The translations under genes and the position numbers were made by a program. From positions 160,001 to 224,000 of the IMG/VR virus record IMGVR_UViG_3300035522_000179: a stretch of DNA of 64,000 nucleotides. One strand, 5' to 3'. This document shows positions 28,467-38,141 of the stretch, piece after piece (within the stretch, counting starts at the first letter, position 1; every line of letters begins with the position of its first letter). This DNA is from a virus. Lineage: Duplodnaviria > Caudoviricetes. A model generated the notes under the pieces. That model was given only the letters and a program-made list of their open reading frames with translations, was not told the DNA's origin and did no database searches.

Positions 28467-29180
28467 TTACTGACGATTCAAGCTGCCGCGCAGGATCTTA
28501 GAAAGTTTATCATTAACTCCCTCGTTCCTCTTTCTCTCACGGGGCTTCTTCATCACTCGGTAACTACAATTATCCCGGTCGATCTTCTCATATTCTGCCT
28601 CAACCACATAAGCCGGAGCATGAGTCTTCGGATTAATCTCACTCTGATTTTTCTTCACCATGGTGGAGAATACACGAATCGGGTCAATCAGGAATACCAC
28701 CGTCTTAGAGTTGTGGTCTCCGATTCTCATCATCTTAGGAGAGCACAGTCCTGCAATCTCTCTTGCTGCTGTTGTGCTGATTCCAAGCTTTGCCTTGTAG
28801 TCACTGCTGTTTAAGAATGCTTTCTTATCACCCTTTACATAAACGAAGGAAGATACGGCATCCCAAACCGGCTCCTGCAAATTTGCAAGCTCTCTGTTTT
28901 CATCGTTCTGGAACACTTTCATTACATGGTCTCCAGATTCACTGGTTCTCTTCTTGATTGCTTCCTCAGGAAGAACCGCTACGAAAGGAGCGAACTTCTT
29001 GGAATAAGGCATACTGATCAAAGTGATCTGCACATCTTCGCAATTGCTCCCTTTCTGTCTTGCAGCGTTAATCATCATATTGATTCTTTGCTGCAGAAAA
29101 TCTCTTACATCGTTCGTAGTGAACTTGTAAGTCTCAACAGTTTCAATCGGTGAATATCCGATTCTGTTTGTGTCGCTCAT
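28467..29180 (-). CDS. hypothetical early protein with structured leader
   Basis: ATATATTAT at 29257-29265, SD AAGGAGG, own terminator at about 28423-28457. Confidence 0.75.
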   Translation of the reverse strand: MSDTNRIGYSPIETVETYKFTTNDVRDFLQQRINMMINAARQKGSNCEDVQITLISMPYSKKFAPFVAVLPEEAIKKRTSESGDHVMKVFQNDENRELANLQEPVWDAVSSFVYVKGDKKAFLNSSDYKAKLGISTTAAREIAGLCSPKMMRIGDHNSKTVVFLIDPIRVFSTMVKKNQSEINPKTHAPAYVVEAEYEKIDRDNCSYRVMKKPRERKRNEGVNDKLSKILRGSLNRQ

Positions 29181-29315
29181 AGTTTGAGCCCTCCTTTAAT
29201 ATAAATGATATGATACTCAGATAGGAAATTTTTATCCCTCTGCTATATCCAAGTAAATAATATATTGCTCAATCGATTTTTTCGATTACAATCTTGTTAT
29301 GATTGGTATGCTTTT

Positions 29316-30086
29316 TTATTTAAAGAAGGAATGTCCAACCTCATCTGTAAACAGATAAGTTCCATAAAACTCTGTGACAGAGTTTGCTGCAAAGTAAAGT
29401 GCTCCATTGGTGTAATCCGGAGTACTTGCATCCAATGCTTCTTCTACTGCTTCTTTTGTTAAATCCGTAATTTCTACAGTGTAGTATCTTCCATCATTAA
29501 AGGAAGAACTTGCATTTGGATAGGTGAGTGCATCATAGAGATTGTCCACACAACTGAAGGTTTCATCGTTTTCTACACGATTCATAAATACTTGGGCAAC
29601 GCGAATTTTTGCTAGTTTCATTTCTTCTTCATTCACGTTATTTCCTTTGTACTTATACTTTTCTCCAGTGACTTCTGCTTCCACAACTCTTAATAGCACA
29701 TTATAAGTTTCTTCATCGATTTCCATTCGATATGCTACGGTATCTTCTACTTCCTCTTCTGGAATTTCTTCTATAACAGGTTCGAAGATTTCATCTCCCT
29801 GTAATTCCATGAAACTAGGATCTGCCATAATTGCATGATTGTAATACAATTTGTTTGTGACGACAACTACTTCGGAAGTAATTGGTTCACACTCTTCTTC
29901 CGGCGTAATCTCAATAATTTGAGATTTGGTATGCCCAAAGAAATCTGTTATGTTTGAATACGTAGTGAATGCAAAAACGAATGATAACGCAAAAACAAGT
30001 TGTACCATAGATACTCTAAGTAGTACCTCGATTTCATAGATGTCTTTCATGATGTTTCTCGGGTTTCGCATGTATGCGTTGTTCAT
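29316..30086 (-). CDS. SleB/Hydrolase_2-type cell wall hydrolase with N-terminal membrane anchor
   Basis: LLRVVEAEVTGE, VAQVFMNRV, TNGALYF, GHSFF; hydrophobic LVFALSFVFAF. Confidence 0.85.
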   Translation of the reverse strand: MNNAYMRNPRNIMKDIYEIEVLLRVSMVQLVFALSFVFAFTTYSNITDFFGHTKSQIIEITPEEECEPITSEVVVVTNKLYYNHAIMADPSFMELQGDEIFEPVIEEIPEEEVEDTVAYRMEIDEETYNVLLRVVEAEVTGEKYKYKGNNVNEEEMKLAKIRVAQVFMNRVENDETFSCVDNLYDALTYPNASSSFNDGRYYTVEITDLTKEAVEEALDASTPDYTNGALYFAANSVTEFYGTYLFTDEVGHSFFK

Positions 30087-30135
30087 GATTTTATGCCTCC
30101 AAATTCATTAATTAAGTATTTTCAGTTCTCTCTTT

Positions 30136-30483
30136 TTAGCTCTCGTCTTTTATCCTCTCGATCGCCGCCATATCACATTTTCTCATCCATATTCTTCCAC
30201 CTTCCGCATGAATATTTGTAATTTTTTTATCATAGATTTCAAAATCAGAGAATAGCTTGTCTTGTGGATGAAGGAAGGATTTATCCAAATTTTGAGATAT
30301 TAATAACGCATCCGCATTAACATATGCACGACGAGATCTAGGACAAGTTTTTGCCCATGCTTCTCGGTAGATTCTATTTTCTTCTAATTGGTATTTGGTT
30401 GCATTTGCTCGATACCCATTTGCCTCTCGAGAGCACCTGATCATATCCAGGAAGGCTTCTACGTCTTCCCCTGTGTATATCAT
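30136..30483 (-). CDS. hypothetical early protein
   Basis: ATGA overlap with the upstream ORF. Confidence 0.6.
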   Translation of the reverse strand: MIYTGEDVEAFLDMIRCSREANGYRANATKYQLEENRIYREAWAKTCPRSRRAYVNADALLISQNLDKSFLHPQDKLFSDFEIYDKKITNIHAEGGRIWMRKCDMAAIERIKDES

Positions 30484-30896
30484 TTCTCTTCTCCCATCAT
30501 TCCATATTGATAATTTCCAATAAAATGCCGAATCGCACTTTCTACACTAAGGACGCTAGTGTAATTAAAAATACTTTCCGTTTTTCTGGTATATGGAACC
30601 ATCTCATATCGGATAAATACCATCGAAGATAAAGATTTGTGGGGTCTACCATCAATATATGGCAACGACATATGCGCAGTCGTAACATAGTGCAATAAAC
30701 TATCATATTCCATTAAACTTGCACGGTTATCAACTATCGCCAAATAACGTTGAGAGTTTTGTATAGCATTCACATCGAGACCCATTGAATGAACATTTGA
30801 AATCTTCTTATTAAATGCCCTCTCACCAATATCATCAATTCGATAAAATTCTTTTAAATCGTGAAGATTCTTAAATATGTTTAAACTTTTATCCAT
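30480..30896 (-). CDS. hypothetical early protein
   Basis: SD AGGAGG. Confidence 0.65.
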   Translation of the reverse strand: MDKSLNIFKNLHDLKEFYRIDDIGERAFNKKISNVHSMGLDVNAIQNSQRYLAIVDNRASLMEYDSLLHYVTTAHMSLPYIDGRPHKSLSSMVFIRYEMVPYTRKTESIFNYTSVLSVESAIRHFIGNYQYGMMGEEK

Positions 30897-30921
30897 AGCA
30901 TTTGTCCTCCTTTCCTTTTAC

Positions 30922-31341
30922 TTAACAGTGTGAACACCATTTTAAAGTGTAAGCGCCATTAACAAGAGTGCTACGACTCATAGAACGATATAAAACCTCT
31001 CCGGAAATAGCTTCTTCTAGTATATCAGAAGAACTGTGTAAGTTACTCGAGTGGCGATTGGTAACCGTTACATATTCACGATGTGTCAATAATGATGAAG
31101 ACCGACTATTACATTCATAATTGTGTATACCCACAACACAAGTAAATTTAAGATAAGGAGACTCAAATGGAGTGCAGTGGTTTCCAATCACCACTGCACG
31201 TTCATCCCAAAGCAATCTGGTATCATCACACTCCGGATTACTATTGATATAAATTTCATTCTTTTCATGATCCCCGATTTCTTGATCATGACCCACAACC
31301 CTATTACAACATTTATTTATTGATATTCTTTCTTGTAACAT
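30922..31341 (-). CDS. hypothetical Cys/His-rich early protein
   Basis: SD GAGGAGG. Confidence 0.6.
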   Translation of the reverse strand: MLQERISINKCCNRVVGHDQEIGDHEKNEIYINSNPECDDTRLLWDERAVVIGNHCTPFESPYLKFTCVVGIHNYECNSRSSSLLTHREYVTVTNRHSSNLHSSSDILEEAISGEVLYRSMSRSTLVNGAYTLKWCSHC

Positions 31342-31392
31342 TATACTCCTCCTCGATTTTATTTTATGCTGATATTATATCCATGCATAGTT

Positions 31393-31749
31393 TCAAACAT
31401 CCATAGTTTCGTAAAAACAACTCTCATTGTTTATTTTTCTTATACTTTCTCTTCTTTCAAATGCATTCCAAGGGACTATGTCAAGCCACTTGTATTGTGT
31501 AGGGGTATTGTACGGCTTACTATAGAAAATAGGGGTACCTCTTTCTTCTCCATAATTAAAATTCATCTTTACCCTAACGACTTCACCGTATTTATCAACT
31601 TCTTCAATCATAGATGTAAATACATTCGTTGTATTATATTCATTTATAGGATACTCACTTGTTCCTATAAGATTACAACTTATATAATCACCACAACGCC
31701 TGTTATAGGTTGCAATGATTTGATGTACGGGTTCATAAGATTTATCCAT
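31393..31749 (-). CDS. hypothetical early protein
   Basis: ATATATTAT at 31797-31805; SD AGAGGA. Confidence 0.6.
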   Translation of the reverse strand: MDKSYEPVHQIIATYNRRCGDYISCNLIGTSEYPINEYNTTNVFTSMIEEVDKYGEVVRVKMNFNYGEERGTPIFYSKPYNTPTQYKWLDIVPWNAFERRESIRKINNESCFYETMDV

Positions 31750-31838
31750 TGATTATCCTCTTTCTAACTTTATCTTACTTACACAAACTCAATAAAATAA
31801 TATATCGATATTTGAAAAATCTGAATTTCCGTATTTAA

Positions 31839-31850
31839 AACAATCCTTTA
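31839..31850 (+). promoter_or_regulatory. late-type promoter AACA-N6-TA (representative copy)
   Basis: Perfect copies at +2976, +7418, +31839, +38103, +62089, -2418, -35893, -38077, -42615, -43331, -46561, -48220, -53213, -60836, -63958, plus GACA/TACA/CACA variants. Confidence 0.85.
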
Positions 31851-31909
31851 ATGCAATGAATTCAATTTATTGAAATAAAATAACTATTTGAAAGTGAGGA
31901 TAAAAGACT

Positions 31910-32791
31910 ATGTATAAATTGGTCATGAACGACTCTACTACTTATGCATTGGCTTCGTTGCCCTATGAGGATACAATCACAAAGAAGGGTGTACAAAAGA
32001 GAGTATGGAGTATTCCTTTCGGAAAAGAGATTACCACCATTGAGCAGGTGAAGACAATCGTAAATGATGAGCTTAAGTCATCGAATATGAAAGTTCTGGA
32101 GAACGATATTGAAGTCGCTGAGAGAAGCAATTATACCGTTCTGGAGCAGATCACAACTGGTGAGTATTCCGAAACCGTTGATGGTGAGGAGACAACCTAT
32201 GATATTCTGATTGCTAAGGTTTCTCAGAGTTCTACCATTCCTGAGCAGATCCTTGCACTGGAAGATCAGTTGAAGGCTTTCAATGCCGCAGTAAATAATC
32301 TGTCTGATCAGAATGCAAGTATCGTTACAGACAATACAGAGATCAAAGAGAATCTGAATGCTGCCACAACGGCTGTAGCAGAGATTCAGAAGAAAGTCGC
32401 TGATGTAAACGAGGATGATCTTTCTTTGGAAGATCTGAAAGCTTATCGGATTGCTCAGAGTAAGGTAAACCTTGCAAACTATCTGGCAACTCATCCAGTA
32501 ACCAGTACTGCTCACAAGAATACCGAGGCTTCTTACAGCATTACTCAGGAGAAGCAGAGTCTGCTCGTATCCATGATTATGATGTGCACCATCAATCCTG
32601 ATTATCAGCCTAGCTGGAACGCAACGGGTGAGGCTTGCACCTATGATTGGACTTTGGAAGAGCTTCAGACTCTTGCAGCTGACATTGAAGCAGTGGTAAG
32701 ACCTTTGGTATCCAAACAGCAGTCTATGGAAGTTGAAATCAACGCTGCTAGCACCATTGCTGCAGTAAAGAAAGTTTCGATTACTTTCTAA
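31910..32791 (+). CDS. tail-fibre-associated coiled-coil protein, DUF4376-like C-terminus
   Basis: LEDLKAYRI...W.......WTLEEL..LA..I......VSKQQ..E..I.AA.T...V..V.I; AACA-N6-TA at 31839. Confidence 0.65.
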   Translation: MYKLVMNDSTTYALASLPYEDTITKKGVQKRVWSIPFGKEITTIEQVKTIVNDELKSSNMKVLENDIEVAERSNYTVLEQITTGEYSETVDGEETTYDILIAKVSQSSTIPEQILALEDQLKAFNAAVNNLSDQNASIVTDNTEIKENLNAATTAVAEIQKKVADVNEDDLSLEDLKAYRIAQSKVNLANYLATHPVTSTAHKNTEASYSITQEKQSLLVSMIMMCTINPDYQPSWNATGEACTYDWTLEELQTLAADIEAVVRPLVSKQQSMEVEINAASTIAAVKKVSITF

Positions 32792-32891
32792 AATAAATTT
32801 GACAAGGAAGAGTATTTGATTACTCTTCCTTGTCTTATATCTTATTTCTTTTTGCACAGTTTTGTAAGTATGAGTAAAGAAGGAATAAAAA

Positions 32892-34091
32892 ATGAAAAGA
32901 ACCTATGAAAACGAATACGCTGGAATTGTACTAGCAGATTTACATTTTGGTGCGTCAGATCCAAATGATCTTAGACGAGAACTAAATGAGAATTTTTTCA
33001 AACCTCTCAAAGAGGATCGATATGATTTTATTATTATCGCTGGAGATTTCTGGGATAAGAAGATGTATTTAAATGATAGAGCGTGTGAGATTGGTTTATG
33101 GTTTATGAAAAAACTTACCGTTCTTAGTAATAAGATTCGTGTGATTTATGGAACCGAATCACATGAAGTAGACCAGTATCATATCTTCAATGTATTTGGA
33201 GAACAAACGGATATCGATTTTAAAGTAATCAAGACAGTTTCGGAAGAAGAATTGTTTCCCGGATTTCATGTTTTGTATCTTCCGGAAGAATATATCCAGG
33301 ATAAAAACGAGTATTACAAAGAGTACTTTGATAAGAAGGATTATTATGATTATATCTTTGGTCATGGGGTGATTGCAGAAGCAATGACCATGATAAAAAG
33401 AACCAAAGAAACAAAGAAAGATGGAAGATTAAAACCAGCTACTTTTACCACTGCAGATTTTAAGAAGTGTGTAAAAGGAGAAGTTTACTTTGGTCATTAT
33501 CATATCCATACAGATATTACGGATTGGTGTCACTACGTTGGAAGTTTCACGAGATGGATTCATGGAGAAGAAGAACCCAAAGGATTCTTTACTATTGCTT
33601 TTGATTATGAAGATAAAAAATATTCTTCGGAGTTTCATGAAAATATGGATGCTCCTACTTATAAAACCTATTCTTTTGGATACAAGGATGAAATCTTTAA
33701 ATCAGATGAGGAGTTTCATGGAAGATTGATCACCTTGTCTAATATTACAAAAACAGAGGATGAACCTCATGTAAGATTCATTTTTAACATACCAGAGGAT
33801 TATCCAAATCCAGAAGCATTCATGGATACCATAAGAGAAATATTTCGGTATTCAAAAAACGTAACTTATGAGTTCGTAAATGGATATGTGGAAAAGAAGA
33901 AAGTAACCAATGCGAAAGCATTAAGTGAAATCTCAGATAAATATGATTATTTGTTTAATAAGAATTTGTCGGTAGGAGAAGTAGTAAATTCCTTTATTAA
34001 AGATACCAATGGAAAAGACCTTGGCGGAGATAATGTGAATACCTATCTTCATACCGATGTGATGCGATTAATAAATGAAGAACTTAGCTAA
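32892..34091 (+). CDS. sbcD: SbcD/Mre11-like metallophosphoesterase nuclease
   Basis: ADLHFG, AGDFWD, GTESHE, GHG, GHYH, YVGS...E..KGF. Confidence 0.9.
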   Translation: MKRTYENEYAGIVLADLHFGASDPNDLRRELNENFFKPLKEDRYDFIIIAGDFWDKKMYLNDRACEIGLWFMKKLTVLSNKIRVIYGTESHEVDQYHIFNVFGEQTDIDFKVIKTVSEEELFPGFHVLYLPEEYIQDKNEYYKEYFDKKDYYDYIFGHGVIAEAMTMIKRTKETKKDGRLKPATFTTADFKKCVKGEVYFGHYHIHTDITDWCHYVGSFTRWIHGEEEPKGFFTIAFDYEDKKYSSEFHENMDAPTYKTYSFGYKDEIFKSDEEFHGRLITLSNITKTEDEPHVRFIFNIPEDYPNPEAFMDTIREIFRYSKNVTYEFVNGYVEKKKVTNAKALSEISDKYDYLFNKNLSVGEVVNSFIKDTNGKDLGGDNVNTYLHTDVMRLINEELS

Positions 34092-34118
34092 ATCAGCTAA
34101 GTTCTTCATTATTGTTTT

Positions 34119-35855
34119 TTACTCATCAAATTGAATTGACTTGTCCACATCGAATGGATCAAAGTCCATCATCTGATACATTTGATTTGCAGTTTTTACT
34201 TTCTCTTCTCTTTCAACCGCATTCTTCTTTCCTCTCTTCACATCTTCCAAAGCCATCATCTGATTACTCATACTCAATGTCATAAGAGGTTTCGTTAATC
34301 CTACATCATCCATTAATTTGATTTCATTTCCTGGTTCATAAGGTTGGTTGAAATACTGAAGTTTCCGCATGTTCTCGTCTTCATCACTAGAACGGTATCT
34401 TCGTTTTAAAAGTTTAAAAGTCATAAATAATTCAAGAGTATCTTGCTTTACTTCTTGGTTCAATACGCACACCCAGTCTGAATTTTCAATTATCTCCCAG
34501 GCACCAGCAACACCATCTCTTCCAATTAACTTTGTTACATCTTCTTTCTTTGCTTGAAGTGCAGTATCTACCACACTAGATGCGACACGGTTTAGCTGTT
34601 GTGCTGTAATGACTGGGATGTCATAATACGTTGCAAGATTTTTCAATTCATTTGTAATATTCTTTAATTCTTCTTTTTCACTAGGAGCACTTTCTGCTGG
34701 AGCAATTCTCTTTACATAATCCAGAATTAGTGCAATGGTTTCATCTCCACCATCATCCAACTCTTGGATAATTCCATACAGATCATTGGTGCTGATACTC
34801 CTATTGGGATAGTACTTAATAATGATATTGATATTATTTTTATCTGTTAAAGTAAGTTTTCCATTGTTTCTTAACTTTTTGATTACTTGGTCCGGAGTAA
34901 AGTTTCGAATATCATCTTGAGAAGCAACCATATTAAAGATTCTCTCAATGGTCTCTTCGATACTATTCTCCATTGTAATAAATGTGACACAAGGTCTTTT
35001 GTTTGGGTCCTTTGCTTTTACGTGCTCATTGTATTTCTTGATATCCAAAGCACTCTTTAATAAGATTTGAGATTTACCACCACCTGGGAATGCCAAATAC
35101 ATATAAAGACGTTTGGATAAATAAGCCGGAGCAAGAAATACATTTAACCCATAAATACCAGTCTTTAACATCTTCATTCTATCTTGAAGTTTTGTTACCG
35201 CACTGGTAATCAAATCGTCCATTTTATCTGGATCCAAAGTAAACATCTCTTCGGAATCCATGCTATTTACATTTCGTCTGATATTTACAATCGAAATGCA
35301 AAGCTGTTCCAAATCATTGGAAATCTCTTGAAAACTAGAATACTCTTCATCATCGATTGCATCTAAGAAATCTCTTAGAATTTCTTTTACGGTAATCACA
35401 TACCCAAAGCGTAATCTGTCGTCAATACGCTTTAATAACTTCTTACTATCTTCATATCCAATCTTTAAGTTCTCAATGGTATTTACATATTTACGAATCT
35501 CATCGTTTGCTTCCTTGTCTTCTGTCAATTCTGCTTTGATGGCATTCATAGATTCCAACCTACTATCTACCATGAGTGCCAAAGACTTTAAAATCACCCA
35601 GAACCTCGTATTCAAATCAGGATTCTTGCTGTATGGTTCTGGGTTTATATTCAAAAATAACTTATAAATATTCTTTAAAGCTTTCGGTGTTCTTAACACA
35701 CTCTCTTTGTAGATAAATGCTACAATTGAATCTAAGGAGAAAATTTCAAATCGCAAATTCACCTGTTTTAATTTTAAAGACTGAAAATTTGTGGATTCCC
35801 GGATTCTAAGCGATATATCATTCTCCTTATCTTTTTTATTATTTTCGTTTGCCAT
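34119..35855 (-). CDS. dnaB: DnaB-like replicative helicase
   Basis: LKTG, AFPGGGKS, ITMEN, ILDYV, LKNLA....PVITAQQLNR. Confidence 0.9.
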   Translation of the reverse strand: MANENNKKDKENDISLRIRESTNFQSLKLKQVNLRFEIFSLDSIVAFIYKESVLRTPKALKNIYKLFLNINPEPYSKNPDLNTRFWVILKSLALMVDSRLESMNAIKAELTEDKEANDEIRKYVNTIENLKIGYEDSKKLLKRIDDRLRFGYVITVKEILRDFLDAIDDEEYSSFQEISNDLEQLCISIVNIRRNVNSMDSEEMFTLDPDKMDDLITSAVTKLQDRMKMLKTGIYGLNVFLAPAYLSKRLYMYLAFPGGGKSQILLKSALDIKKYNEHVKAKDPNKRPCVTFITMENSIEETIERIFNMVASQDDIRNFTPDQVIKKLRNNGKLTLTDKNNINIIIKYYPNRSISTNDLYGIIQELDDGGDETIALILDYVKRIAPAESAPSEKEELKNITNELKNLATYYDIPVITAQQLNRVASSVVDTALQAKKEDVTKLIGRDGVAGAWEIIENSDWVCVLNQEVKQDTLELFMTFKLLKRRYRSSDEDENMRKLQYFNQPYEPGNEIKLMDDVGLTKPLMTLSMSNQMMALEDVKRGKKNAVEREEKVKTANQMYQMMDFDPFDVDKSIQFDE

Positions 35856-35943
35856 TTCGTCGTCCTCTTTCTATAAGAGATTAAAACTTTGTTAAACCTA
35901 TCATAAGACATTATTATAACTATGAAAAAGGAGTGAAGGCAAT

Positions 35944-36381
35944 ATGTTACTTCCATTTGGTAAGGTCATTTCAGGGGGTGTCGTTAGTCCCTTTAAAGGA
36001 ACCAAAGATTATATATCCGTAGGATTTAAACTAAAAGAATATGAAAAGAAAAATAAAATAACCCCTCTAAAAAAGATGAAGAGGAAGTTATTTAAGTCGG
36101 ATGAAAGAAATGTGGATTTGAATCAACAGATTGCAAATCCGTTACTGGTATTACTGAAAAGAAATTCTGCAAATACCACCGATGTGTTCTTTGTTGGAGA
36201 TCGAGCAATGGTATCTTGTTCCTATCAAATGAAACAAGGAATGATGAATAAGAAGACAAAGATTATCTGTAATTGTATTTCGGATGAAGCGAAAACTCAC
36301 TCTGCTTATTACTACATTGCTCTTTGTAGAAAATACAATATCGTCACAAGTAATATGGACGAATTGCTTGCAAAGCTTTAA
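35944..36381 (+). CDS. hypothetical basic protein
   Basis: SD AAGGAG; GACA-N6-TA promoter at about 35907. Confidence 0.65.
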   Translation: MLLPFGKVISGGVVSPFKGTKDYISVGFKLKEYEKKNKITPLKKMKRKLFKSDERNVDLNQQIANPLLVLLKRNSANTTDVFFVGDRAMVSCSYQMKQGMMNKKTKIICNCISDEAKTHSAYYYIALCRKYNIVTSNMDELLAKL

Positions 36382-36461
36382 TCGTATTTTCGGTGAAAAT
36401 ACTTCGTCATACTTTTTTATTTGTTTCTTCCCGAGAAATGAGTAGGCTAGTGTTACCTAGC

Positions 36462-36959
36462 CTACTCATTCTCCTTCTTTTTAAAAAGCTTTGATAATAA
36501 TTTAAACGTTACTACGTTGTATTTCTTCATTGGTTCATTGAATATCCACCACCGAATAAAGTCATCCGCAATGATTGCTGGAATCGCTAATAAAAACCAA
36601 AGAAATGCAAACAACAAGCAAATCTGTCCATCTATATTCAGTGGTAGGCTAGAGTAATCCCACACATTTAATTCAAACGTCACATTGATAATTAAACCTG
36701 ACAAATATTCAATTGCAGTTACAACTAGGGAAGATATTAAACATTGTAATTCTAAAGCCATTTCATAAGTAAATAATTCATTGATTAATCCAATTAACGT
36801 AAAGCATATTCCACCAACAATATTCATTGTCCAATGGGAATGCCCTCTCCATAACATCTCAACCAGTACATACAAAAATCCACCGATAAAGAATAACGTT
36901 AACTCTTTGCATAAGTAGCAAACAGATTTATGAATTTTTTCTAAAGCGGAATCAAACAT
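36462..36959 (-). CDS. CmpB/putative ABC-permease-like membrane protein
   Basis: GGFLYVLVEMLWRGHSHWTM, E..SG, WDYS.LP.NI.GQIC; about four TM segments. Confidence 0.8.
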   Translation of the reverse strand: MFDSALEKIHKSVCYLCKELTLFFIGGFLYVLVEMLWRGHSHWTMNIVGGICFTLIGLINELFTYEMALELQCLISSLVVTAIEYLSGLIINVTFELNVWDYSSLPLNIDGQICLLFAFLWFLLAIPAIIADDFIRWWIFNEPMKKYNVVTFKLLSKLFKKKENE

Positions 36960-37027
36960 ACCTTATCCCTCCTTTAAAAGAACCCCAGGTATAAATTAAT
37001 ATACCTGGGGTCATTGGTTGGTTTAAA

Positions 37028-37603
37028 TTAAACCTCCTGGAACAACAGATCGCTCTCAGTAACGTCGTCAGGAATCTGACTTTCAACATCGATGAACAGA
37101 ACACGAGCACGTGCGCCTGTTGCAGTCTTCAGCTCTTCGATTGCATCCGCATTGGTCTTGATATCGGTCTCAGCAGTATCAACACGACCAGTCAGAGCAT
37201 CCAGAGCATCCTTGTTAGCAGCAATCGCCTCTTTGTTGGTCTTGATATCAGCTTCGTTGGTATCAACACGACCAGTCAGTGTCTCAACGGTGCCAGACAG
37301 AGTATCAAGAGAATCACCCAGCTCTTTCAGTCTACCAGCTACGGATGTAGCAACGTCCTCTTTGGACAGGTAATCGATAATCTCTCTCAGAGTATCCAGT
37401 GCAGAGTCAGTTCCTGCGAAGTCAACAGAAGCCTTGAAGTTGTTCCAAGACTCCAGATCCGTGTAAACAGTTGCCAGAGTAGTAGCCAGACTCTGTACAG
37501 TAGCACCGTAAGTTACGGTAACCTGCTCGCCAGTGGTCTTGGGCATCAACTCATAAATATCATTAGCGATTTTACGCTTGATAATAACATTTTTAGCACT
37601 CAT
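37028..37603 (-). CDS. short fibre / coiled-coil virion protein
   Basis: MPKTTGEQV anchor, LDTLREI motif, 28-aa repeat LTGRVDT.E.DIKTN. Confidence 0.65.
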   Translation of the reverse strand: MSAKNVIIKRKIANDIYELMPKTTGEQVTVTYGATVQSLATTLATVYTDLESWNNFKASVDFAGTDSALDTLREIIDYLSKEDVATSVAGRLKELGDSLDTLSGTVETLTGRVDTNEADIKTNKEAIAANKDALDALTGRVDTAETDIKTNADAIEELKTATGARARVLFIDVESQIPDDVTESDLLFQEV

Positions 37604-37693
37604 AGCATTTATCTCCTTGAATAAAATATTAATAGAGAAACATTTATTATGCTTCTCTATTAATATTATTGTTTTAAAAGTCTATAGGGATAT

Positions 37694-38020
37694 TTACTCG
37701 TCGTCTACCTCAGAGGTGGTTGGATCGTAAATGTTGAACCAATATCCACCAGAACTAAGAGAAGGCTTCACACTATCGGTAATGATTGTATTCTGAGCCA
37801 TCTTATCATACTGCTTTTTCATATCCGGGGTAATAAACCCAGGTTTGTTCGTACTTGGATCCACTACTGCCAACTGATCCGTAATGTCTGAGAGTTGGTC
37901 TCTAAGGGGTACTCCACTTATCGGGTCAAGTACAGCATCAATCTGTGTCTCAGGATGGATCACATCTCTGTTACCACTCGAATCCTGAGGTGTATATTGT
38001 CTTCCGATTATTGTTCCCAT
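37694..38020 (-). CDS. small fibre-associated protein
   Basis: DVIHPETQIDAV...G..L anchor, GFITP..K; AACA-N6-TA at 38077. Confidence 0.6.
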   Translation of the reverse strand: MGTIIGRQYTPQDSSGNRDVIHPETQIDAVLDPISGVPLRDQLSDITDQLAVVDPSTNKPGFITPDMKKQYDKMAQNTIITDSVKPSLSSGGYWFNIYDPTTSEVDDE

Positions 38021-38141
38021 AATCAGTTTCCTCTCTTTCTTAACTTATTGAATTGGAAATCATTTTAGATAATTGTTTTCCATTCCTTTTCAGTGACGGA
38101 AAAACAACTGTTTAACAATGTACGGAAAGGAAGTAATGAAT

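Noticed and set aside
28981-28992. 12-nt identity ACGAAAGGAGCG with the sRNA1 region
   Set aside because: It lies inside a minus-strand CDS (codons for FAPFV) in the same sense as the sRNA, so it cannot pair; probably chance.
32078-32857. Long antisense ORFs (also 41690-42541, 47362-48153, 61075-61701)
   Set aside because: Shadows of codon-biased genes on the opposite strand; no SD and implausible composition.
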